NCBI GenBank assembly: GCA_046732795.1
Contig: JBKPNV010000024.1
Span: forward strand, 1 to 52,910
Source of the DNA: Acidobacteriota bacterium
GTDB lineage: Bacteria > Acidobacteriota > Vicinamibacteria > Vicinamibacterales > UBA2999
Length of the DNA: 52,910 bases
Direction: 5' to 3'
How positions within the stretch are numbered: the stretch's first letter is position 1; each line of letters starts with the position of its first letter. Below are positions 28,971 through 36,932 of the stretch, piece by piece. Under the pieces are notes generated by a model, which ran no database searches, was not told where the DNA came from, and saw only the letters and a program-made list of their open reading frames with translations. Position numbers and translations under genes: made by a program.

Positions 28971-29343
28971 ACAGCTTCTTCCCGTCCGGGAACGTGATAT
29001 CGCGCCCGTTGGCTCGCCGCGATCCATCCTTTGCCTGATAGCCGTCGATAATGATTTTCGTCCCGGGCAACAACGAGTCCTTCGTGAAGCCGCGCCGGAA
29101 CAACACGTTGGGTGTGCCCGCTTCGAACGCCCATTCCTCCAGGCTGCCGTCGGGCTTCTTCACGTCCATATGAAGCCAGACATGCGGATTGATCCACTGC
29201 ATGCGCTTGACGGTGCCTTCGAACTTCACCGGCTTGTTCGCGTCGAACTCGGCGGCGAATGCGTGATGCGCCGATAACGACATCGTGGTCGCCGCACCGA
29301 TCAGACCGATTACCGCGATCGCAACCGCCAGCTTCGCTTTCAT
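28909..29343 (-). CDS. DUF6152-like small exported protein
   Basis: AGGAGG RBS + ATG29343; signal SLSA|HHAFAAEFD, W.NPH, W..E...P..L.R.G, G..AKDG. Confidence 0.75.
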   Translation of the reverse strand: MKAKLAVAIAVIGLIGAATTMSLSAHHAFAAEFDANKPVKFEGTVKRMQWINPHVWLHMDVKKPDGSLEEWAFEAGTPNVLFRRGFTKDSLLPGTKIIIDGYQAKDGSRRANGRDITFPDGKKLFMGSSGTGAPYELTPGDQKK

Positions 29344-29379
29344 CGGATCCTCCTGACTCTTGCCACTCCACCTACGCGC

Positions 29380-29444
29380 TTCAACCTTCGGACCTTCCGA
29401 CCTTCGGGACTGTCGCACCGTCGCACCCTCGCACCCTCGCACCG
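29380..29444. repeat. Octamer tandem arrays
   Basis: ACCTTCGG-like x3, then TCGCACC(C/G) x4. Confidence 0.75.
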
Positions 29445-30413
29445 TTATCGGCGATACCACTCGTAGAACCGATCGCCTTCCGGCACTTTGCGCGTGATGT
29501 CGATGATCATCGTCTCGCCTTCCCAGTGCTTGACCAGCGGCTGCTTGCGGACGTGCCCGTACATGAACTCTTCGGAGAACTCGATGCATGGGTACTCGAT
29601 GAGCTGCATGTTCGTTTCGAGCCGCCGGTAGAGCGGCATTGCGATCTGCCACGTTCGCGCGAACACTTCGGGATCCTCGATCGTCACTTCGTACTGAATC
29701 GCATCGGCGCTGAGCGGCGTGAACCGCTCGACGAGATGCAGCGAGGGGCTGTGGAAGTTCCCCGCCCGATCGAACCAGTTCTTGCCATTGAAATTGGTCA
29801 CGTTCACGACCAGTGTGTTGCCCTCCCAACGGCCGACCGAATGACCCATGTAGGTGTCGTCCGGCGGCCCCTCGACCTTGTCCAGATGGATGGTGCGGGC
29901 AGCGTTCGAGAACGTATACGCCATCTGGATCTTGTCGGTCCCCTGTACTATCTGAAACGGGTAGGGCATGTACATCGCGCGCGGAATGCCAGGGAGATAG
30001 CACTTCAGCTCCGGATCGCGATCGATCCAGTTCTCGCCGTTTTCTTTCTTGATCGCCAACGCCTCCGGCTTGTACGGAATCTGACCGTCGCCCTGAATGA
30101 CGCCGAGCGAACCGGGGACACCGGCAGCAGCGCCGAGCGCGAGCACCGGCGCGGCCGGCACCCGCGCATACGCGTACGGATAGACACCAGGCTGGGTCAC
30201 GGCACCGGCACGCGCTTCGTGCGCCTCCAGGTCCCAATACGCTTCGTTGTTCGCTTGCCAGATGCCACTGAGATTGGGCCGGCCATCCGCCGTGCGCGCA
30301 GGACGCGAAGCAGCTTCCGCGCTGGAGCGCGTCATCAGCGTTCCCACTCCTGCGCCAACGGCAAGGCAGACAATCGCAATCACGAGCGTGAAAGTGTTGA
30401 TCCTGTTTTGCAC
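29445..30413 (-). CDS. Divergent member of the same exported family (paralog 3)
   Basis: GAGGGAG RBS + GTG; DGRPNLSGIW, DP..KC..PG.PR, GHSVGRWEGNTLVV.VTNF, LVERFT, EYPC. Confidence 0.8.
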   Translation of the reverse strand: MQNRINTFTLVIAIVCLAVGAGVGTLMTRSSAEAASRPARTADGRPNLSGIWQANNEAYWDLEAHEARAGAVTQPGVYPYAYARVPAAPVLALGAAAGVPGSLGVIQGDGQIPYKPEALAIKKENGENWIDRDPELKCYLPGIPRAMYMPYPFQIVQGTDKIQMAYTFSNAARTIHLDKVEGPPDDTYMGHSVGRWEGNTLVVNVTNFNGKNWFDRAGNFHSPSLHLVERFTPLSADAIQYEVTIEDPEVFARTWQIAMPLYRRLETNMQLIEYPCIEFSEEFMYGHVRKQPLVKHWEGETMIIDITRKVPEGDRFYEWYRR

Positions 30414-30456
30414 AACGAGCTCCCTCTAATCGCCGGATTCACCCGAGTTGCCGACC

Positions 30457-30531
30457 TACGACACACAGAGGCACAGAGACACCGAGAGATACTTCAGGGT
30501 TCTCTGTGCCTCGGTGCCTCGGTGTGTCGTA
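30457..30531. repeat. Palindromic CACAGAG/CACCGAG nonamer element, family C copy 1
   Basis: TACGACACACAGAGGCACAGAGACACCGAG ... CTCTGTGCCTCGGTGCCTCGGTGTGTCGTA. Confidence 0.8.
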
Positions 30532-30569
30532 ATCATGGTTGACCCAAGTGAGTACCGGTATAAGCGGCT

Positions 30570-31739
30570 TCAGAAGATCGCCCCTGCTGCTCCCGTCAAC
30601 GCATCAATGCCGCCTTCGTTCCCGAAATCAGTGGCCGTGTCTTTTGTGGCAGGATCGGGTCCCTGGCCCCGCGCAAACGCACGCTCCTCGACGCGGGTCC
30701 CCAGCAGCATCGTGGGCAACCCGTAGTTCCCCTCGTGACACCGCGGCTCGTAGTAGATGCGATTGGCCTGCTCGTCCTGTCGCACGAGCTCCTGCTTCAC
30801 CGTCCAGGGTTTCGTCCACGTCGTCGCGTCCTCGATCGTCACGGCGTACTCGATCGTCTTCGCGTCGACTCGCGTGAAGCGCTCGACCAGGTGCACGCCT
30901 TCACGGGCAGCCTGGAAACCGAATTTCGGCGAGAAATTCGTGACGTCGACGACGAGCGTGTTGCCTTCCCAATGACCGCGCGAGTCGCCGAATCGCTGCC
31001 GGATCGACGGAGGAAGATGCGGGCCGAGACCGATCGGAATGACGCGCTGCCATCCCTGTCCCTGTCCCGTGTCGTAGAAGATCGCCACCGTTCCGGGTGA
31101 TTGCACGATGCGGCGATAACCTCCGAAGTCGGGCAGCACCGCGCCCATGCAGCGCTCGGTCATGCTGCGGTCCTCGGGGCCGTCGTTCCGGTTCGTGCGC
31201 CCGATGTTGTAGAACGGCGGCATCTCGGCCCGGCGCGGCGATGGCGGCCCGAACTTGCCGCCAGCGCACGCAGCGTCCTTGTTCTTGCACGTCTCCGTCG
31301 CCTGCAGCAGCGCGAGGCGATACTGCCGTTCTGCTTCGTTGCGCTGTTCTGCCTCTGGTGTCAAGGCGGGCATTCGCCCGTCTGGCGGGTCGACGACGAG
31401 CGACGTGCGTTTTCCCGTGGGTCTCACCGACTGGAAGACGGCGTTGTACGCCCCCGCCACGTCCCGTTCGCTGCCGCGCTCGACGCGCTGGTCGCGTCGC
31501 GGGATGCCGGCGCGCTGCTCGTCGAGCTTCGTGCGCTCCTCGTCGGTGAAGAACTCTTTGTTGGCAAACTGCGAAGGACGCTGAAGCGGAGTTTGATAGG
31601 GGTCGGTCCAGATGCCCTGCAGATCGGGATCCCCCCACGCGGTCATGCCGTCGGCCGACGCCTGCGTTTGCCTCAGCAATCCGGCCACGACAACAACGAG
31701 TCCGACGACGACGACCACGCCGATCAGTCGATTCCTCAT
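30570..31739 (-). CDS. WGDPDLQG/CHEGN family paralog 4
   Basis: N-terminal hydrophobic segment; WGDPDLQGIW, extra C-x6-C, ERC, YEPRCHEGNY. TAGAAT -10 upstream. Confidence 0.85.
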   Translation of the reverse strand: MRNRLIGVVVVVGLVVVVAGLLRQTQASADGMTAWGDPDLQGIWTDPYQTPLQRPSQFANKEFFTDEERTKLDEQRAGIPRRDQRVERGSERDVAGAYNAVFQSVRPTGKRTSLVVDPPDGRMPALTPEAEQRNEAERQYRLALLQATETCKNKDAACAGGKFGPPSPRRAEMPPFYNIGRTNRNDGPEDRSMTERCMGAVLPDFGGYRRIVQSPGTVAIFYDTGQGQGWQRVIPIGLGPHLPPSIRQRFGDSRGHWEGNTLVVDVTNFSPKFGFQAAREGVHLVERFTRVDAKTIEYAVTIEDATTWTKPWTVKQELVRQDEQANRIYYEPRCHEGNYGLPTMLLGTRVEERAFARGQGPDPATKDTATDFGNEGGIDALTGAAGAIF

Positions 31740-31811
31740 CTCGAATCTCCCGGGAACGGCCCGTCCGACGCGCGCTGCTGCGAGCAGATTCTACGCCTAG
31801 TTGGTCGCTTG

Positions 31812-31853
31812 AACTTTGGACTTCGAACTTTCAACTTTCAACTTTCAACTTTG
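31812..31853. repeat. AACTTTC heptamer array in a divergent promoter region
   Basis: AACTTTG GACTTCG AACTTTC AACTTTC AACTTTC AACTTTG. Confidence 0.8.
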
Positions 31854-31891
31854 ATTCGGGTGTATAAGGGTGGCGGTTAAAGGAGGACGTG

Positions 31892-33055
31892 ATGCGCGCA
31901 CCCCCCAGGACGATCGTGCTCGCGTGTACTGTCCTCGTGCTGGCGGCCCGGAACCCGGTTGCCGGCGTGGCGCCGCAGGCAACAGCCGAGAGCGCAGAGG
32001 GAACCCTTCCCGCGGATATCCATCCAGATTCCCGCAATCGACTGCCGCCGATGAAGCCAGGCGTCCAGGCACTGGCGGCGATCCGGCTGCATGCCTCGGG
32101 GAACAACGTTCGCTGGGCCTCTCCGCTCGGACGTCATGTGACGGAGCTCGCGATCCTGACGACCGCGCGCGAGCACGATCAGCCGTACGAGTGGTCGCTC
32201 CATGAAATGGAGGCCGTTGCCGTCGGCCTCGACCCGGCGATTATCGACATCGTCCGGCATCGCCGGCCGATCAAGGACATTCCCGACAAGGAAGCGGCAA
32301 TCATTCAGGTGGGACGCGAGCTCGCCGGAACTCACGCGCTGAGCCCGACCACGTACTCGCGCGCGCAGACCGCGCTCGGGCGCGGCAACCTCGTCGACAT
32401 CGTCGATCTGATGTCGACATATACGGCAACAGCGGCGCGGCTGACGGCCTTCAACCAGCAAATGCCGCCGGGGTGGAAGCAGTTCCTTCCGTTGCCGTTC
32501 ACACCGCCGAATGACATTCACGCTGATTCGAGAAGCCGCCTGCCGTTGATCCGAAGCGCGAACCAGCCGGCGCAAGCCAATCTATATGCCCGCGGGCTGG
32601 CTCCAGAAGGCACCGGGCCGAACCATATCGCGCGTCATGGCGCCGGCCTGGCCTCACTCGCGGCGAGCAAAGGGAGACGTCTGATGGCGCTCGCGATCCT
32701 CGTCGCCGCGCGCGAGCACGACTCGCAGTACAACTGGACCATGAATGAGCCCGGCGCCGTCAAAGACGGCCTGGAGCCCGCGCTCGTCGACGTCGTGCGC
32801 CATCGCCGGCCACTGAACGGAGTCGCGGAACAGGACGCAGCACTGATCCAGTTCGGTCGTGAGCTCTTTGCTGCGCACAACGTCAGCACGCAGACGTACG
32901 CGACGGCGCTGAAGATCTTCGGCGAGCGTGACCTGGTGGATGTCGTCGCCCTGATGGCCCAGCAGTCAGCGGACGCGGTGATGCTGGCGGCTTTCGATCA
33001 GCGGCTCCCTGCCGGGCAGGTGCCGTTGTTGCCCACCTCGAGAGGCACGAAATGA
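31892..33055 (+). CDS. Exported tandem CMD/AhpD-like two-domain protein
   Basis: AGGAGG RBS; signal peptide; duplicated DIH.DSR.RLP ... LAIL..AREHD..Y.W ... GL.PA..D.VRHRRP; no CxxC. Confidence 0.75.
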   Translation: MRAPPRTIVLACTVLVLAARNPVAGVAPQATAESAEGTLPADIHPDSRNRLPPMKPGVQALAAIRLHASGNNVRWASPLGRHVTELAILTTAREHDQPYEWSLHEMEAVAVGLDPAIIDIVRHRRPIKDIPDKEAAIIQVGRELAGTHALSPTTYSRAQTALGRGNLVDIVDLMSTYTATAARLTAFNQQMPPGWKQFLPLPFTPPNDIHADSRSRLPLIRSANQPAQANLYARGLAPEGTGPNHIARHGAGLASLAASKGRRLMALAILVAAREHDSQYNWTMNEPGAVKDGLEPALVDVVRHRRPLNGVAEQDAALIQFGRELFAAHNVSTQTYATALKIFGERDLVDVVALMAQQSADAVMLAAFDQRLPAGQVPLLPTSRGTK

Positions 33056-34209
33056 AGCGCTCCCTTGCGCTACTCGGACTGACGTCGGCAATTGTCGTCG
33101 CATCTCTGTTGCTCGGATTGGGTCAGTCGGCACCGGGCACGGCAACTCCGTGGGGAGATCCGGATCTCCAGGGTATCTGGACCGACACCTACGACACGCC
33201 GCTGCAGCGGCCAGCCCGATTCGCAGACCGAGAGTTCCTGACGGAAGAAGAAGTCGCCGCATTGGACAAGGAGCGATCCGCGATTCTTCGTCGCGATCAC
33301 CGCGAGCCCCAGGGGAGCGAGCGCGATGTCTCTGGCGCGTACAACGCGGTATTCGAATCGGTCAAGCCGACCGGTCGGCGCACCTCGTTGGTCGTCGAGC
33401 CGAAAAACGGACGCATTCCTGGCTATACATCCGAAGTACGCACGCGCCTCGACGCCTACCGGGAGTATCAGCTCGCGCTCATGCAGGCGACGGAGACGTG
33501 CAAGAAGCAGGAGCCGTCCTGTCGCGGGGGCAAGTACGGACCGCCGTCGCCGAGAAGAGCCGAGGTGCCTCCAATCTACAGCACGGACAGAATCAATCGC
33601 AGCGACGGGCCAGAAGACAGGAGTCTCGCCGAGCGATGCATCGGCGCGTTGTTGCCAGACTTCAGCGGGTACCGCCGCATCGTCCAGTCTCCGACATCGG
33701 TGGCGATCTTCTACGACACGGGCCAGGGACAGGGATGGCAGCGCATCGTCCCCGTGAACGGAAACCCGCATCTTCCCGCGATCGTGCGGCAGCGCTTCGG
33801 CGACTCGCGTGGTCATTGGGAGGGGAAGACGCTGGTGGTCGACGTGACCAATTTCAGTCCGAAGACGGACTTTCGCGGAGCGCGCGAGCGCCTGCACCTC
33901 GTGGAACGCTGGACGCGGATCGATGCCACCACACTCGAGTACGCCGTCACCATCGACGATTCAACGACGTGGACGCAGCCGTGGACGGTGAGACAGGAGC
34001 TCAAAGTGCAGGATGCGCGAGCCAACCGGATCTACTACGAGCCGCGCTGTCATGAAGGCAACTTCGGTCTCGGGGGGATGCTGATCAACTCGCGAGCCGA
34101 AGAGCGCGCATTCGCTCAGGGGAAGGGGCCGGACCCGGCCACACGAGACAACTCGACGGGAGGAGCTGGCGGCGGCGAGGACAACACGGACCCGTTGCTC
34201 GGGAACTAG
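33052..34209 (+). CDS. WGDPDLQG/CHEGN family paralog 5
   Basis: ATGA overlap with the CMD gene; long blocks identical to paralog 4. Confidence 0.85.
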   Translation: MKRSLALLGLTSAIVVASLLLGLGQSAPGTATPWGDPDLQGIWTDTYDTPLQRPARFADREFLTEEEVAALDKERSAILRRDHREPQGSERDVSGAYNAVFESVKPTGRRTSLVVEPKNGRIPGYTSEVRTRLDAYREYQLALMQATETCKKQEPSCRGGKYGPPSPRRAEVPPIYSTDRINRSDGPEDRSLAERCIGALLPDFSGYRRIVQSPTSVAIFYDTGQGQGWQRIVPVNGNPHLPAIVRQRFGDSRGHWEGKTLVVDVTNFSPKTDFRGARERLHLVERWTRIDATTLEYAVTIDDSTTWTQPWTVRQELKVQDARANRIYYEPRCHEGNFGLGGMLINSRAEERAFAQGKGPDPATRDNSTGGAGGGEDNTDPLLGN

Positions 34210-34269
34210 CGCAACTCCCGACTCCATCACGCCAATTCATTTGCGCCCGGGGCCTGTTGAATGGAACAC

Positions 34270-34343
34270 ACGACACACGGAGACACCGAGGCACAGAGAG
34301 AAACAAGAATTATCCTCACTGCCACGGTGTCTCCGTGTGACGT
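34270..34343. repeat. Family C copy 2
   Basis: ACGACACACGGAGACACCGAGGCACAGAG ... CACGGTGTCTCCGTGTGACGT. Confidence 0.75.
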
Positions 34344-34361
34344 CTGCATGCGGAGAAGCGT

Positions 34362-36161
34362 ATGTCCATAAGACTGGGATTGGCGATCTCGAGTGCCTTG
34401 CTTGGAAGCAGTCTGCTACTGACCGCGCAGGTGAAGGAGTTCCGGCCAGTGACGGAGGCAATGCTCCGCAATCCCGCGCCTGGCGACTGGTTGAACTGGC
34501 GACGCACCGACAACGCGTGGGGCTACAGCCCGCTCGAACAGATCAACAAGCAGAATGTCCAGCAGTTGCAGCTCGCGTGGTCGTGGTCAATGGACGACAC
34601 TGGCGCCCAGGAGGCTGCTCCGCTGGTCTACGACGGCGTCATGTATCTGCCGAATCCGCGCGGCGTCATCCAGGCGCTCGACGCAGCGACAGGCGATCTG
34701 ATCTGGGAATACCGCCCGGGCGCGGCACCGGCGGCCGCGCCATCAGGACGGGGTGGAGGCGAACAGACCGACATCCCTCGCCTCGCGCAGCGACCCGCGA
34801 GCGGAGGGGGCGACCTCGGACGCGGGATCCAGAAAACGCTCGCCATCTTCGACGACAAGATCTTCGGCACGACCAACGACGCGCACATCGTCGCGTTGAA
34901 CGCGCGAACCGGGAAAGTCGTCTGGGACGTCAAGACCGCCGACGACAAGCTCGGATACGAATACACGGCCGGCCCGATTGTCGTTCGCGGCAAGGTCATC
35001 GCGGGGATCACCGGCTGCAGCCGCTACAAAGACGATGTTTGCTTCATCAGCGGGCATGATGCGGCGACAGGCAAGGAGCTGTGGCGAACGTCGACGATCG
35101 CGCGACCGGGCGAACCTGGCGGGGACACCTGGGGAGATCTGCCACTCGCCTTCCGCGCTGGCAGCGATGCGTGGGTCACGGGCAGCTACGATGCAGCGAC
35201 GAATCTCGTGTACTGGGGAACGGCGCAAGCCAAGCCGTGGGCACGGGCCGTTCGCGGTACCGACGGCGCAGCGCTTTACACGAATTCCACGCTGGCGCTC
35301 GATCCAGACACTGGAAAGATGAAGTGGTTCTATCAACACCTGCCTGGCGAGTCGCACGACATGGACGAAGTGTTCGAAAACGTGCTCGTCGACATCGGTG
35401 GACGCAAGTCGCTCTTCAAAATGGGCAAGCTTGGCATCCTGTGGCAGCTCGATCGCGAGAGCGGCGCGTTCATCCGCGCGACCGATCTTGGCTATCAGAC
35501 CCTCGTCGATGTCGACGCCCCGACCGGCAAGGTGACGTATCGGGCGGGCAAAGTCCCCGAGGTCGGCAAGGAAGTCGATTGGTGTCCCAGCACCGCCGGG
35601 TTCAAGAGCTGGCGAGCGATGGCATTCAGTCCGCAAACCAATGCGATGTATCTGCCGCTCAGTCTGAGCTGCGAGAAAGCGACGTTTGGCCCCACTGAGA
35701 AACGTGTCGGCGGGGGCGGCACCGGTCCGGTCCGTCGCCGTGACTACAAGCACCCGGCATCGGACGGGAGCCTCGGTGAGTTCCAGGCGCTCGATATCAA
35801 ATCGGGCAAGACACTGTGGCGGTACCGCACGCCGTCTCCAATCAACACGGCTGCGCTCACAACGGCCGGTGGCGTCGTCTTCGCGGGTGACTGGGATCGG
35901 CACGTCTATGCCTTCGACGCGTCCAGCGGAAAGATCCTGTGGCAATCCAGGCTGCCGACCTCGGCACAGGGATTCCCGGTGAGCTATCTCGCGAAAGGCA
36001 AACAGTACATCGCTGTGCCCGCGGGCATTGGCGGCGGGAGCTGGTCGACGCTGTTGACGCCGGAGCTCGCGCCGGAGATTCGCCGCCCCAACAGCGGCAA
36101 CTCGGTCCTCGTGTTCGCCCTGCCAGGCGGCGCGACGTCCGGTGCGCGATCGACCCAGTGA
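34362..36161 (+). CDS. Exported PQQ-dependent alcohol-dehydrogenase-family protein
   Basis: PVT.AML.NP..GDWL.W, YSPL.QI, APLVYDG.MY, W.TGSYD, LYTNS..ALD..TG..KW.YQ, HDMD, CPS..G, GKQY.AV. Confidence 0.88.
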   Translation: MSIRLGLAISSALLGSSLLLTAQVKEFRPVTEAMLRNPAPGDWLNWRRTDNAWGYSPLEQINKQNVQQLQLAWSWSMDDTGAQEAAPLVYDGVMYLPNPRGVIQALDAATGDLIWEYRPGAAPAAAPSGRGGGEQTDIPRLAQRPASGGGDLGRGIQKTLAIFDDKIFGTTNDAHIVALNARTGKVVWDVKTADDKLGYEYTAGPIVVRGKVIAGITGCSRYKDDVCFISGHDAATGKELWRTSTIARPGEPGGDTWGDLPLAFRAGSDAWVTGSYDAATNLVYWGTAQAKPWARAVRGTDGAALYTNSTLALDPDTGKMKWFYQHLPGESHDMDEVFENVLVDIGGRKSLFKMGKLGILWQLDRESGAFIRATDLGYQTLVDVDAPTGKVTYRAGKVPEVGKEVDWCPSTAGFKSWRAMAFSPQTNAMYLPLSLSCEKATFGPTEKRVGGGGTGPVRRRDYKHPASDGSLGEFQALDIKSGKTLWRYRTPSPINTAALTTAGGVVFAGDWDRHVYAFDASSGKILWQSRLPTSAQGFPVSYLAKGKQYIAVPAGIGGGSWSTLLTPELAPEIRRPNSGNSVLVFALPGGATSGARSTQ

Positions 36162-36170
36162 TAGCGGACC

Positions 36171-36316
36171 ATTGTTGATTCCGGGATTTTTGATCGTTCA
36201 TTCGTTGGTGATTGGAGATTGTCGATCGTTGATTGAGAAGGCGCGCGGCACCATTCAATAATCGGAAATCACCAATCGATAACGATTCAACAATCAAAGA
36301 TCGTGAAATCAACAAT
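36171..36316. repeat. AT-rich palindromic AATCAAC/GATTGTT element, family D copy 1
   Basis: Terminal IR ATTGTTGATT / AATCAACAAT; 22 of 23 nt shared with 44880-44902. Confidence 0.8.
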
Positions 36317-36740
36317 GAGAGAGCGCCACTTCGCCTGCTGCCTATTGCTGGTCGCGAGTTGCCTGATATCTGCGGCGGCACAGCAACGAACGGTGTGGGA
36401 CGGGGTGTACACCGATGCGCAGGCCGAACGTGGTGGTATGGCGTATCAACAAGCCTGTGTCGCTTGCCACCGCGACGACCTCCGCGGCGACAACACCGCG
36501 CCCAGCCTCGTCGGCGAGAGCTTCACGTTTCTCTGGGGCGACATGGAGGTTGGCGAGTTGGCCGCGAAAATCCAGAAGCTGATGCCGCCGGAACGCCCGG
36601 GAAGCTTGCCTGCCCAGGCCTACTCCGACATCATCGCCTTCATCCTGAAAAAGAATGCCTTTCCCCCCGGAGCCACCGAGCTCAGCGCGGATGCCGACGC
36701 CCTTCATATCCTTATCACTGCTACCAAGCCGGTGAAATAG
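36315..36740 (+). CDS. Class I cytochrome c
   Basis: Signal peptide, TVWDGVYT..QA.RG, CVACH, MPP..PGSL; paralog of 21317-21739. Confidence 0.88.
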   Translation: MRERHFACCLLLVASCLISAAAQQRTVWDGVYTDAQAERGGMAYQQACVACHRDDLRGDNTAPSLVGESFTFLWGDMEVGELAAKIQKLMPPERPGSLPAQAYSDIIAFILKKNAFPPGATELSADADALHILITATKPVK

Positions 36741-36788
36741 AGGGGCCCGCGACCCCGCCCATAGTAGTTGGGAGTTGGAAGTTGGGAG

Positions 36789-36916
36789 TTGTAGTATTGC
36801 CGGACCGAACTACACTGCCGCTCGCCTGTGCCTGGGGGACTCCGGGCCAAAGTCACGCTGACATCATGGCCTGTCTCACTCAGGACAGCGTTGGCGAAAT
36901 CAGCGGCACAAGCGAG
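36789..36916 (+). promoter_or_regulatory. Promoter (TTGTAG-16-TACACT) followed by a multi-stem 5' leader
   Basis: -10 at 36811-16; closing stem 36821-31 / 36906-16 encloses several hairpins. Confidence 0.45.
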
Positions 36917-36932
36917 TTCGTGGAGTAAACAG

